From assembly GCA_965240325.2 (NCBI GenBank), contig OZ251240.1, positions 434,001 through 498,000 of the forward strand: a DNA stretch of 64,000 nt, given 5' to 3'. Shown here one piece after another: positions 1-12,176 of this stretch. The translations under genes were made by a program, and so were the position numbers. The stretch's first letter is position 1, and each line of letters starts with the position of its first letter. This DNA comes from Rebecca billardiae RCC1528 (Eukaryota; Protista; Haptophyta). Under the pieces are notes generated by a model. It saw only the letters and a program-made list of their open reading frames with translations. It was not told the origin of the DNA and did no database searches.

Positions 1-2600
1 CGCGGTGCACGCGCCCTCGCCCGCGCCCGCCGCGGCCGGCTCCGCGCCGGGCGGCGGGCAGAGCACGGCCAGCACGCGCCGGTGCACGTACGCCGCCGTC
101 TTCTCAGAGAGCGCGAGCCTGCCGGCGAAGAGCTCGCAGAAGGCGAACTGGGCGGCGTGGGCGCGCGCGGCGGCGAGGGGCGGCGGCGCGAGCGCGTACG
201 CGGCGCAGCCCGCGCCGCCCTCGGCCGCGCCCGGCCGCACGGACGGCGCCTCCGCGCCCAGCGGCAACAGCAGCCTCTTAAAGATCCGGTTGAAGGCCCA
301 CTTCTTGCCGCCGCGGCAGCCGAGCAGCTGCAGCCCGAGCAGCGCGCACGAGCCGCGCGCCGAGAGCAGCGCGGACGGCGCTGCGCTGCGCGGCGCGGGG
401 CGCTCGGGCGCGCCGCCGGGTGGCGCGCACGCCGGGGCGGACTCGGCTGGCGGCTCGGCCGGCTCGGCCTCGGGCGCGGCAGCGCACGGCCGCCACACGT
501 CGGCGAGGAGCTCGGCGCAGAGCCGTGCTGCCGCGGCCTCGCGCGCCGCGTCCGCGCGCTCGCTCAGCGTGCTTGGCACCGCGCCCGTGCCGGCCGCGCC
601 CGCGCCGGCCGGCGGCGTCGGCGGCGGCGACGCGAGCGCCGCCACCGCGCTGCGCGCGTGCTGCGTGCCCGGCGCGCCCGTGCCGGCTGCAAGCGCCCAG
701 CCTGCGCACGCGCCCAGCAGCCCGAGGCCCACCGCCTCCGCGTCTGCGAGCTCGCGCGCGCGCGCGGCGCCCTCGCGCGCCGACGCGCAGGGGCCCGCGC
801 CGCCGCCGCCGCCGCCGCCGAGCTCGGCGGCCCGCGCCGCCCACACGGCCGCCTCCTCCACCGCCGCGCACGCGAGCGCGGGCGCGAAGAGAGGCGCTGC
901 GGCCGCGCGCATCGCCGCCGGGTAGCCGAGCGCGAGCGCGCCGAGCAGAAGCGCCTCGACGCGCGGCCGGTGCCTCGCGAGGTCGTATGCGAGCACGCGC
1001 ACGCGCTGCGCGCTGAGCAGCGCGGCGCGCGGCGGCGCGCCGCCGGGCTCGGCCGCGCCGGCCGCGTCCGCGCCGGCCGCGGCCGCGTCGGCGGCGTCGG
1101 CGGCGTCGGCGGCTGCGCCCACGCCCGCGCGGCAGAGGCGCGCGTACAGCAGGCAGCGCGCCGCGTCCGCGCCGGCCGTCGGCGCCGACGGCCGCTCGGC
1201 GGCGCCGTCGGCGTCGGCGTCGGCGTCCACGCCCCCGCCCGCGCCGCCGCCCGGCGCGTGCGCCGTCGGCGCCGCGTGCGCGCGCGAGCACAGACGCGCG
1301 TGCGCCACCGCCAGCCACGCGCCCACCGCGTCCGCGCCGAGACGCAGCGTGACGCGCTCCAGGGTGGCGAGGGAGCCGCTGCCGTCGGGCGCGCCCAGCA
1401 TGCGCGCGCACGCGACGCCGCTCGAGCGCCCGAGCGCGCTCGCGCACACCGCGCCGTCGATCTCCTCGGCGAGCGCGCGCGCGCTCGGCGCGCCCGCACC
1501 GTGCGCGCGCGGCAAGCGGATGCGGCCGAGCACGCGGCCGAGCGAGGGCGCTGCGCGGGCCGAGCCGCCGCGCGCAGGGCCCGCAGCGGCGCCGGGCGCC
1601 GGCTCCGTCTCCGCCGCGCGCGAGAGCGCCGCCACGGCCGCGCCGACGGTCAGAGGCGCGGGCGCCGCCGCTGCGCCCGGCTGCGCGCCCGGCGCACGGC
1701 GCGGCGGCGCGAGGGCGGCCGAGGCGCGGCCCGCAGCCGGCGCGGGCGCACGCGCCACGCCGAGAGCGGGGCGCGCGCCGGCCGGCCGCTCGGCCTCGGC
1801 CGCGCTCTCGGCCACGCCTGCGCCACCGGCCCAGCCGCCCGCCCCGCCGCCCTCCGTGCCGCCGCCGCACTCGTTCAGATCCCCCTCCTCCTCCCCCTCC
1901 TCCTCCTCGCCCCTCCCCTGCCACGCGCGCTGCTGCCGCGCGCCAGACGCGCGCTGCTGCCGCCGCCACCCGGCCGGGCCGGCTGCGGCGCCGCCGCCCT
2001 CGTGGACGATGGCCTCGCCGAGCGTCGAGGGGGGCTCGGTGACGGTCTCGTCGCTCGCGAGCTCGACACCCTCGCCCAGGTCCGCGCCGCCGATGCTGTC
2101 CCAACCGCCGTCCAGCTGCGCGCGCGCATCAGTGTCAGCGTGCGCGAGCGCGGCTCGCGCCGGGCACACGCCAGCGGCGATGCGAGCGCGCGTGTCGGCG
2201 TGTGCGTGCAGCGGCAGCGGCGCTTCGGAGGCACCCGCCGCGGCCGAGCCCGGCGCGGAGTCGTGCATCAGCCCGGCCTCGTCCCAGTCGTGCGCGTCGT
2301 CCGCAGCGCCGAACTCGGCGGCGTGCGCCACCGCGCGACGCTTGGACGGAGGCGTGCTGCCCGGCGGCGCGGCCGCGCGCGCTCGGTCGCGCTTGGCGGC
2401 GGCGGCGGCGGCGGCGTCCGACGGCCTCGCGCTCTGCGCCACGGGCGGGTGCGGGCGCTCGGCGCCGTGGGCGCCGGACGGCGAGGCGCGCGCGGCCGGC
2501 GCCCAGCGCGCGAGGGCCGCGTGGCCGTGCCCGCTCGGCGCGTCGCGCGCCTCATCCGCGCAGGCCGTGTCTGTGCCGCGCGGCGGCGGGACGGCGGCGA

Positions 2601-2634
<34 letters not shown>

Positions 2635-2931
2635 GCGCTCGATGGACGCGGACGTCGTCGGCGTGGTCGCGCGTGGCGCGACGTGCGCCGCTGCGGACAC
2701 GGCCACCTGCGGCCGGTGCGCGTCGAGCGCGGTGATTGACAGCGGCGCTGCGCCGCTGCGCGGCGGCGCGAGCCGGCTGAGCGCGGCCTTCAGGCTGGCG
2801 TTCTCCGTGCGCAGCTTCTTCTCGGACATGAACAGGTCGGCTAGCTCGTGCTTGACCTCCGAGAGCTCGCGCTGCAGCTCGGCGAGCCGCTGCTCCAGCG
2901 CGTCGCATCGCGCGTCCGCCTCAGCAGCCAT
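1..2931 (-). CDS. Large hypothetical protein: N-terminal coiled coil, long low-complexity middle, helical C-terminal region; runs off the window edge (3' partial)
   Basis: The minus frame from ATG at 2931 reads MAAEADARCDALEQRLAELQRELSEVKHELADLFMSEKKLRTENASLKAAL and appears open to the window start. The + ORFs 5..925 and 1349..3154 are its antisense shadows. Confidence 0.7.
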
Positions 2932-3964
2932 CCTGGCCCGACGCGCACGCAGCGACGTGTCTGCGCGGGAGAGACACGCCGGATGCAGCCTCGCTCACGC
3001 GCCGTCCGGCCGCCGGCGCTCAGTCCTGCTTCAAGTTTCAAGTTGCTGCATGGATGCCGACCGGCACCAGACCCAGCACAGTGACCAAGCAAGGGCGGTT
3101 GACACAGCCAGCCACCACACGGCAGGCTCACAGAGCTTGAAGGACCGTACATGATTCGAAAGTCTAAGCAGACTAATGTCTAATGGCCACGGGTCTTAGC
3201 AGTAAGTATCGGCTATAGAGTATACTGTTTAGACCTGCTGTCGCACCGAGCTCGCGACGGCGGACGTCCGACGTCGGCAATCGGGCGACTGAGCGGGCGG
3301 GCGGCCGCACTCGGACTCACTAGCTAGTCACTGACTACTGCGTGAGTCACTGACTCGGTCCCGAATGACTAAATACTGACTAATAGAGTACGCGGCGAGT
3401 ACCAGTTCATGCGCTGCTTGAGCTCAGCAGAGCTGCATGATGATCGCGCTGACTGGCGGCCATCACTCTACGGTACGACTGCTCAGTCTTAACTCTACCA
3501 TCTACGGCGCCAACACGGGTGAGTGACGGGACCTCCGGACGGCGGGACTCCGGACCTCACATCGTCAGTGTAGCCTCAGTGACGCGGATGCGATGGCGAC
3601 TGATGGCGACAGACTCAGCTGACACTGACTAACTTCCGGGACTAACTAGCATCACCATCAGTCTGGTATAACTGTCTACTCAGTCTAGACTAGTGAGCCG
3701 CGCCGCCGGCACTCGTGACGAGACGTCTCGTTCAGTCACTTCAGACCACTCCGTACTCGTCACGGTTCGTGACTTATTATTGATATAGTTGATGATGACG
3801 ACTAGCTACTACAGTCTCAGACGACCCTACTGGCATCACTCACGGACACACGACAGACGCCGTCTGGGCAGAATCACAGACTATGATCACGCCGCCATGA
3901 TGCCGGCGCAGGAGCGCCGCAGATACGCCCGCGCCGTGCGTGCCGACACAGGCTGTCGCGATGC

Positions 3965-5929
3965 TCATCGGCCGGCCGGCGCCTCCGCCGCGCCTGCGCC
4001 CGCGCCCTGCTGCTGCGCCTGCCGCGCGCGCCGCGACTCGAGCGCCCATCGCGCCACGTGCTCGGCGCGCAGCGCGCCGCGCTCGCGCGCGCACTCGTGC
4101 CGCACGGCCTCCGCCGCGTCGAGCACGCCGTGCTTGTACTCGGCGATCGTGCCGAACCGCTCGGCCATCTGCCGCCGCGCCAGCCGCCGCTGCCGCTCCG
4201 CGATCGCCTCCGCCTGCCGCCTGTTCGGGTGCTCGGTGCGCGCCTCGCCCGAGCCCAGGTGGAAGTAGTACGGCGCGCGCGTCTGCGGGTGGATCTGCGG
4301 GATCCAGTCGGAGGAGAGCGGGCGGTTGAGCACCGCCTTGCGCATCTTCGCCTCCCACTCGGCGAACGCGCGCTGCGGCGCGGCGCGCGCGCGCGGGCGG
4401 GGGCACATGAGCGCGCGCCGCGCGGCGCGGCGCTCGCGGCACGTCACGCGGCGGAGGTTGGAACCCAAGGGCGCGGCGCTCGCGGCACGTCATGCGGCGG
4501 AGGTTGGAACCCAAGGGCGCGGCGCTCGCGGCACGTCATGCGGCGGAGGTTGGGACCGAAGGGCGCGGGCGGCGATGCGGCGCGCCGCGCGCCGCACCTC
4601 GAAGCGCGAGCGCTCGCGGCGGAGCTCGGCGTCGATCGCGTCCGCCTCGACGCCCGCGTGCAGCCGCACGGCCAGTTCGCGCCTCGCCACCGCGTCCGCC
4701 TCCGCGTGCTCCGCGCACCACAGCGCCCAGCGCGCGCGCGCCGCCCTCGCCTCGCGATGCGAGCGCAGCCGGCTCAGGCTGCGGGCGCGCGCGCGCGCGG
4801 ACGCGCCTCGCGCGTACCGCTGCAGCGTGAGGACCTCGGGCCCGCCGCGGCGTGCGCGCACGCGGCGCCTCGCCGCGCGGCCGCGCGCGATCGCCTGCAC
4901 GAGCACCGCCGCGCGCCAGCGCAACAGCTCGAGCAGCGCCGCGGCGCTCGGCGGCGCCGCGTGCGCGCGCGCAACGACACGATGCCACGCGCGCGCGCGC
5001 TCGGCCGCGGCGCTCGCCGCGGTGCCGCGCGCGGCGCGCGCGCGCGCGAGGCGCTCGCGCGAGGCGGCGAGCACGCGCCAGCGCCAGCCGAGCGCGCGCG
5101 CGATACGTCGGCCCGCCCCTCGCTGCCGCAGCCGCTGCAGCTGCGCCTCGCGCCGCTGCGTGCGCGCGCGCGCGAGCGCGCGCCGCGCGAGCGCCGCGCG
5201 CGCGGCTCGCTGCAGCGTGCGCGCGGCCGCCTCGCGCCGCGCGTGCTCGCGCGCGCGCAGCCGCGAGCGGACGAAGGCGTCGAGGTCCTCCGCCGGCGCG
5301 GCGCGCGGCCCCGCGCCAGCCGCGACCCCCGACACGCCGCGGCTCGACGCCCGCACCGCGCCGCTCTCGCCGCCCTCGCCGCCCGCGCCGCCCTCGCCGA
5401 TGACGCGCGCCGTGGCCTCTAGCAGTGCAAGCCGGTGGCCGAGCGCGGCGCTCGGACCGTCGACGGCGGCGCGGAGCGCGCGGAGCGAGCCGCCCTCGCC
5501 CGCGCTCAGCCCAGTCGCGGGCGCGTGCGCCGCCGCGCGCACGCGCTGCGCGACGTCGGCGTGCTCGCGCGCCAGGGCCAGCTGCCACGGCTGCGCGCGC
5601 TTCGGCAGCGAGCCAGCGGCTAGCTTCGCATCCAGAGCCATCCGCTCGGCGCACGCGTCGAGCAGCGCGCGCACGGAGGACTCGCCGAGGCCGGCGGTGA
5701 CGCGCTCGACCCCCTCGAACACCGCCGCCGTGCGCATCGCGCGCCACTCGTCGCGCAGCGAGCACTCGACCGCGAGGCGGCGCACGAGCGGCGCGGCCTC
5801 GCGCCCGCGCGACTCGACCGCCTGCTGCACCTCGGCGAGGAGGCGCAGGTCCTCGGCGCGGGAGGTGCCGATGCGGGTGAGCTCCTCCAGCGTCGCCTTG
5901 CACGCGACGGCGAGCTGGTGGTCGGGCAT
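3965..5929 (-). CDS. IQ-motif and WW-domain protein; exons 5929-4598 and 4372-3965
   Basis: IQ-like motifs AARTLQRAARAAL, AVLVQAIARGRAARRR and VLTLQRYARG. WW-like segment DWIPQIHPQTRAPYYFHLGSGEARTEHP. A phase-0 GT..AG intron (4597-4373) joins ORFs 4490..5929 and 3965..4468 in frame. Confidence 0.75.
4426..4565. repeat. Intronic minisatellite, ~3 copies of a ~47-bp unit
   Basis: gcggcgctcgcggcacgtcaygcggcggaggttggaacccaagggc occurs three times inside the predicted intron. Confidence 0.85.
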
Positions 5930-6508
5930 CGCGCACCAGCTCGCAGGACACTCCCGGGACCAAGCGGGCTCAGTGCAGGCCGCAACGGTCCGAGTCCGCC
6001 ATGCTGCCTGTTTTTTTTTTCAAATGTGAATAAATGAAAGCGGGTGGTGTCGTTGACCGGACGACGACAACAACGACATCCGCCATGGGGACCAACATCA
6101 ACGCGCTCACACCACTGCAACTGCTGCAACTTGCAAGCTTCGACCAGTACCACTACAGACGAATCAGGAGAGCTGCGCCCTCGTGCCTGTGTCTTTAAAT
6201 CATAGAATTAGTCTTTCGTCGGCACGTCGTCTAGGTACGACGTAGTCGTTCGGCGACTCGGCGTTTTTAAGCCAGTGCAGCGGAGGCTCCACCGAGAACA
6301 TCTCCGAGATCTCCTCGAGATCTCCTATCACTCGATCACAACCAACAGCTCGAGATATCGCATCTCGCCGTCTACCTACAGACTATATCACCTTCTCAGC
6401 GAAGAACGGCACTCATCCTGACGAACCTACTTCTCTTCCACTGGAGTGGAGCTGGACCCACACGATCCACACAGCCTACAACGCCACACAGCCTGCAACG
6501 CCACACAC

Positions 6509-6841
6509 ATGGGCTCCGCGTGCAGTGGGAGAAGCTTGTCAGCAGTGGAGGCAGAGCCAAATGAGCACACGAAGACGTCCGCCGAACCCCCCTTGCCATA
6601 CGAGAAGGTTGGCCACGGGCTCCACATCTCGGGCGCGGCGCACGCGCCGACGTCGCACGGCGAGGAGCTGCCGCTCTGGACGACGGGCGCGCTCTCAGAC
6701 CCCATGCCCAAGAAGGCGTATGCCTGGAACGACGGCACCCGAACAGCCTCGACGTCGACCGACAGCTCGTTCGACTCCGCCCACCCAGCCAAGCTGCGGC
6801 AAGACGCGGGCAACGTGCCGCAAGGCCACTTGATTAGATGA
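6509..6841 (+). CDS. Small hypothetical protein (110 aa) with N-terminal MGxxCS acylation-like motif
   Basis: ORF starts MGSACSGRS, has coding-like GC3 and sits between AT-richer spacers. Confidence 0.5.
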   Translation: MGSACSGRSLSAVEAEPNEHTKTSAEPPLPYEKVGHGLHISGAAHAPTSHGEELPLWTTGALSDPMPKKAYAWNDGTRTASTSTDSSFDSAHPAKLRQDAGNVPQGHLIR

Positions 6842-7602
6842 CGCGACCGGATCTGTCGTCGATTCACTAAGTCTAAGGCGCGCCTGTCTGAGATGTGGCT
6901 ACCGGTCGGGTGGCCCTGAGGTGACTGTCAGAGCTGCGTTGGAACTCCACATGAGAGAGAGATATACATATGTACCTCCGAAGCTATATACATTGCATAT
7001 TCGGAATCAAATCCTGAGGCAGCATATTCAGGCGGATGGCGGATCACTTATCGTCGTCTCGGCCGACGCAGACGGCGTGACGCGTCGCCGTCAGTCAGCG
7101 GCGTCGGGCTTATGTCCGAACGGTGTCGTAACCGCCACTCGCCACCCGCGGCCTTCTTTTGAGGGCGCCGCGTGCCGCCGTCGTCGCGCGCAGCTCGGCT
7201 CGGGCACGGGCAGGGCAGTACGGGCACGGGTACGGGCACGGCTCGGGCCGCGCACGCCGCACGGACCGTGCCAGTCCGGTGACCGGTCGCGTCGCGGCCT
7301 GGCGCGGCCGCCGCGGCTGCGGAGTGCGGCGGCGTGGATGCGCGGCGCGGCACCCGAGCGCGGAGCGGGCGGGCTCGTGCGCGGGTCGCACCGTTTACAA
7401 CCACACCGTCGGGGCGGGAGGCTCCCGACTCCGACGAGCGGTGACGGCACAGCGAGCCAGTCCTGCGTTACGAGAATACGGAGTAGTCAGTAGGACTGGT
7501 CGGCTCCGATAGGTGCGCGGTCCGACTTGCGACTGGCGAGGCGCGACATTGCTGTGAAGCCAAGCCGCGTACGAGTAGTGCTGCTGCCCGTTCGGCTGGG
7601 GC

Positions 7603-8937
7603 TCAGGCGGGCAGCACGGCCAGCGCTCGGCCCGAGCCGCCCCAGAGCATCCCGCGCACGCGCCCCCACGCACGTGCGCAAGACCTCGCCAGCCGCCGAG
7701 CCGCGGCGAGCAGCGGGCGGCACAGCGCTCGGAGCGCGAGGCGCGCGCGCTCGGCGAGCGCAGCGGCCGGCGCGGCGGCGCTGGCTCTCTCGTCGCGCAG
7801 GGCGACGGCCGGCGTCGAGGGCACGTCCGCGGCGGCGGGCCCGCCGATCGGCGCGCCCGTGTCGCACAGCGGGTCGCTCGCGCGCTCGGGCGCGCACGCG
7901 CACGGCGGCTCGCGCGCGCGCGAGAGCGCGGGCTTGCACGGTCCGCGGCCGCGCACGCCGCACGCGGGCGCGCCGGCGTGCGGCGCCCACAGCGCCGCAT
8001 AGTGCCGGCCGGGGCGCGCGTCCCACGGCTTGGTCGGCCCGCTCCAGTGAAGGAGCTGCGCGGCCTCGAGCCGCGCGCGCGGCACGCGCCGCTTCACGCC
8101 GTCGAACGTGCCGCCCAGCCCGTCCACGTTCCACGCCGCCGGCAGCGCCGCCCAGCGGCCGGCGAGGACGAGGTGAAGTGGCGGCTGTGAGCCGAGCCGC
8201 CACAGCCCTGCGCGCGCGCTGCTGGCGGCGTGGCGCGCGAGCCACCACTCCGCCTCGGCGGTGAGGTTGGCGCGCGCCCACGCGCGCAGGTCGAGCAGCA
8301 GCACGCCGCCGTTGAAGTGCGCCGCGCGCACGTCGAACGACCGCCCGCCAGTCCGGAGCCGAAAGTCCGGGAGCAGCGCCGCGTACGCTTGGTACGTGTG
8401 CTCGGCGCGCCCGTCGGCCGCGCGCGGCACGGCCGCGGCGAGCTCGGGCGGGCGGAGGCGCGGCAGCGTGCGGCGGAGCAGCGCGCCGAGGTCGCCGAGC
8501 ACGACCACGTCCACGTCGACGTACGCCACCGCGCGCACGCCGCGCGGCAGCAGCTCGGGCAGGAAGAAGCGCGCGTAGTTGAGCGCGGAGGAGAGCGCCG
8601 CGCGCCGCGCGCGGTCGGCGACGCGGACGAGGCCGCGCACGCGCGACGCGTCGAAGCCGACGACGCGCACGCGTGACTCGCTCAGCGAGACGCCGCGGCA
8701 GCGCAGGAACGCGCGCGCCGCGCCCTCCTCGCCCGCGAGCACGATCACGTGGAAACGGAGCAGCCGCGGCGCTGCGCTGTGCGCGCGCGCAGAGTTGACG
8801 ACGGCGGCGAAGCCCGCGTACTGCCGGCGGTCCGCCGCGAGCGCGACGTGGACGGGCGCGAGGGCCGTCGGCGCGCGCGCGGCGGGCGCGCGCGCGGTGG
8901 CGGCGAGCGCGAGCGCGGCCGCCACGACGGGTCGCAT
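7603..8937 (-). CDS. Glycosyltransferase family 8 (GATL/GLT8D-like)
   Basis: Signal-like N-terminus MRPVVAAALALAATA. Motifs NYARFFLPELLP, YVDVDVVV (DxD), HFNGGVLLLDL, GSQPP and HWSGPTKPW. Confidence 0.9.
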   Translation of the reverse strand: MRPVVAAALALAATARAPAARAPTALAPVHVALAADRRQYAGFAAVVNSARAHSAAPRLLRFHVIVLAGEEGAARAFLRCRGVSLSESRVRVVGFDASRVRGLVRVADRARRAALSSALNYARFFLPELLPRGVRAVAYVDVDVVVLGDLGALLRRTLPRLRPPELAAAVPRAADGRAEHTYQAYAALLPDFRLRTGGRSFDVRAAHFNGGVLLLDLRAWARANLTAEAEWWLARHAASSARAGLWRLGSQPPLHLVLAGRWAALPAAWNVDGLGGTFDGVKRRVPRARLEAAQLLHWSGPTKPWDARPGRHYAALWAPHAGAPACGVRGRGPCKPALSRAREPPCACAPERASDPLCDTGAPIGGPAAADVPSTPAVALRDERASAAAPAAALAERARLALRALCRPLLAAARRLARSCARAWGRVRGMLWGGSGRALAVLPA

Positions 8938-9868
8938 GCTGTCCTGCTTGCGGTCGCCGGCTGCGCCATCGTGCGAATGCCGATGCACTGAAAACTTTGG
9001 CACTCCCAGTGCCACTGCCTCTTCAAAGTTCAAACGTCACGACAGCCTCGACACTGACAGTGAGCAGAGCTCGATAGTCGATGATGGATTTATGCCGCGC
9101 GGGCGGGCGACATCTTGCCTGAGCCGCGCGTCTTCCTCGCACCTCCCAAGCCGTCGCCCGTACGCGGCCTCCCGACGTGCGCCGCCGTCGGACCTGCGCC
9201 TGCTCGAGATCGTGTAAGCTACTGTACCAGACTAGAATACCGCCGCCGTCAGACACTGTTATTATAATGTATATTATTCTGTCGGAGGCGGCGTGTCTCC
9301 AGAGTCCAGTAGGCCGTAGCCGTAGGGATGACCGTCATGACCGTGCAGACCGTCGCGCTCCAAAGACCAAACTCTTCGTCCCTTGCTGATTGCCGAGGCC
9401 TTGTGGCTGTGCCCGTCGCGTCCGGGCGGGCGGACCGTTCGGCATCTGATCTCACTCGGTGGCTCTCTCTCAATCTCTCTCTCCGATCAGCGATCTCTCT
9501 TTCTCTCCGTCTCTCTCTCTATCATGGTATATACCGCCGCAGTCTGCTGTATGTCTGCACGTATGACTAATATTATATATATACACTTTAATATATATAA
9601 TGATTATAGACTAGCCGTACGAGTTCCGACATCAATAGAGTCGGCGGCAACGCCGGCGGCGCGCGTGCGCTGGCGCAGGCATCGCCGCACTATCGGGCCG
9701 CATCGGGCGCATGCGGCGGGCGACGGTCACGCCTGGTAGTGACTATAGTGCTGCTACTAGTACCGTAGCGTTGCTGGGGACCCGCCGGCTCACCCATCCA
9801 TCTCTCTGATGCGATGTGATGTGTGTGTGTCCGTGTGTGTGAGCGTCTGAGACGGCTGGCTGCTGAGA

Positions 9869-11035
9869 CTAGAAAGTGGGTGCCAAAAAGTTCACGCGGG
9901 CTGCCTCTTCTCCGAGCACGGCGACGCGAACGCGCACAACATTGCTCGAGAGCGTCGAGGACGGCACGCCTATGAACCGAGCCGCGCGCAGCATGAGCAG
10001 CATGTCGATGACAACGCTGTCGTCGCGCGTGCGGAAATCCGCATTCCACGTATGCAGGCCACTTTTTTTGCGTGCGAATTCATCAGCGATGCGTATGTCA
10101 AAGTCGTGTTTGAGGAGACCCACCCGCTTCGGCTGCTGGTTGTCGTGTGCCAGCACGATGGCGGACCCTTCGCGCGCTCCCATCATGGCGAGAGCGGCGC
10201 GGAGGTAGTCGGAGTACATGCTGCACACATCGCTTGCCAGCGTCCGTCGCCCATTCAGAAGGGTCCTCGGCAGGAGTCCGCGGGAGTACTGAGGCATTAT
10301 CATCGACACAGGACATTGGCCCTCAGACCACCGCATATGCACGCCGGTGTAGTTTCGCGCGGCCAGCCCTTGGGCTTCTTCGAACTCGTCGATGATGGCG
10401 CGGAAGCGCTCCGCCGGCCGCAGTAAGATGTGTGCCATCACTGTGGACTTGAAGGCTTGCGCGTCTGCCGCTGGTAGATTGTTCGCCGTGTGTAAACCGC
10501 GCCAGCCATAGAACGCTTTCATTTGGCTTGTCTGGCGAAGGACCAGCCGCTTCGCCTTGAACAACGCGTCGTCAGTGCTGTTTAGCACGCATAACCATCT
10601 GCTTGTTGCCGCGAGAATGTCCCAGTTGGCACCCACCTGCTGGTGCCAGACCTCAGGCAGGACAACCGCCGTGGGTTTGGTCCGTTGCACGACGTCGAGC
10701 AGCATGTTCACGACCTCAATCACCACGTTGTTCAGTCTCCCAAAGTTCCTGTTTTGCAGCGTGGTCGCGTCTGAGCCGCGTGGCAGATTGGCGCACGTGG
10801 CCTTCGTGATCGTCCACGGCAGGTCACCGTGGCCAGAGGCGTGGCGCGATGCCGCTGGGAGCCACCATCCTGACTCGAGCGCGGGCGGATCCCACTGCAT
10901 CTCAGCAAACGCTGCAGTGCCATCGCCATGCCCTGCGTCCGCTGAGGGCAGGGCCACAGACACAGCCACCACCACTGCTCCAAGGAGCAGTGCATGCTGC
11001 GTGAACTTGCCGACCGCGCGTGAAGCCCTCATCAT
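9869..11035 (-). CDS. O-fucosyltransferase-like glycosyltransferase (GT-B; O-FucT/GT23-like)
   Basis: N-terminal hydrophobic anchor. Motifs GRLNN, YTGVHMR and IDMLLMLRAARFIGVPSSTLS, typical of GDP-fucose-binding FucT motifs. Intronless. Confidence 0.75.
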   Translation of the reverse strand: MMRASRAVGKFTQHALLLGAVVVAVSVALPSADAGHGDGTAAFAEMQWDPPALESGWWLPAASRHASGHGDLPWTITKATCANLPRGSDATTLQNRNFGRLNNVVIEVVNMLLDVVQRTKPTAVVLPEVWHQQVGANWDILAATSRWLCVLNSTDDALFKAKRLVLRQTSQMKAFYGWRGLHTANNLPAADAQAFKSTVMAHILLRPAERFRAIIDEFEEAQGLAARNYTGVHMRWSEGQCPVSMIMPQYSRGLLPRTLLNGRRTLASDVCSMYSDYLRAALAMMGAREGSAIVLAHDNQQPKRVGLLKHDFDIRIADEFARKKSGLHTWNADFRTRDDSVVIDMLLMLRAARFIGVPSSTLSSNVVRVRVAVLGEEAARVNFLAPTF

Positions 11036-11676
11036 GGAGTCACGCGGCCGCTTTTCACGCGCACTCTGCGTGAGATTCCCAACCTGTGTCCTGTGCTGCC
11101 CTTGAGTATCTCGCCTTTGCTCGCCTACCTGAGCTGTGTGCGTCTCTGATAATAGTGCTTACCCCCATAGTAACGTAGATTGCGAGCAGCCGCAGACATC
11201 GACGTAACGTTTCAGACGATGATGATGATGATCTCGGCCCTTGGCTTGGATGATCCCGCGAGCCTGCAGAATCTCGGCGCGGATGACAATGGCGATACAG
11301 TAGCGATGCTGATCATGCGACGGAACGCTCACAGACGACACAATCATCAGCACCTGCTACAGGGCCGCCCCATTATAGCTGTCAGGTTTACCCAGAGCGC
11401 GCGGAGTTGAAGATTCATCGTTTTTGTCAAAACTGGGCGCAAGTCAGGTCTTCCTGCCGGCGGATCGCGTGATGGCAGAAGGAGCGCTGCAGCGGCGCCT
11501 TCTCCCCTGGGCGACCCGGCGCGGCGCGCGCGCGGCTGCGACTCTGCGCTCGCGATCGACCCGTACGACAGCCGCACCGGACTCGCTGCGCCCCTTGGCT
11601 CGCTTGCCCACAGAGCGCCGCGCGGACCTGGCATGCGGGCCGCGGGCCATGCCTGAGGTACCAATCATCATCAAGT

Positions 11677-11830
11677 TTGTGCGACATTCAGGGCGGCGAG
11701 GTCGGCACCGTCGACGAGTAGGATGTGTTCTTTGACATCCGCACGTCCCACGCGGATGTCCGAAAGATCGAGCGGCGTCGGAGCGGCCGGCGGGGACCGC
11801 GACCTCGACGACGCTGTGAATGTCGCACAA
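11677..11830. mobile_element. MITE-like inverted-repeat element (~155 bp)
   Basis: ttgtgcgacattca (11677-11690) is the exact reverse complement of tgaatgtcgcacaa (11817-11830). Inner hairpin gacatccgc/gcggatgtc at 11734-11760. Confidence 0.5.
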
Positions 11831-12176
11831 TAAATTCGCGCACGTGGGCCGTGGGCACGTCGGCACCGGTGATGGCGCTGCCTGCTGTCAGTTATAGTGG
11901 GTTGTTGACCCTAGCTTTATATTATTATTACGGCTACAGGCGCTACAGCCGCTACAGCATCACGGAGCACTCCGCGCAGCCGGGACCCGCGGCGCCGAGT
12001 GGCGAGTGGCGCCGTGGCCGAGTGCCAGGCGAGTGACCTCAAGCGACCGAGACATGCCGCGAGTCGACAGACAACACTCGCCACACTGACGACAGTCCCT
12101 GCTGCCTCCCGCCGCATGGCCCTAGCCACTCCTAGTCGAAGTGCTGCCCGCCCTCGTCACCCATGGGCATGAGTAG

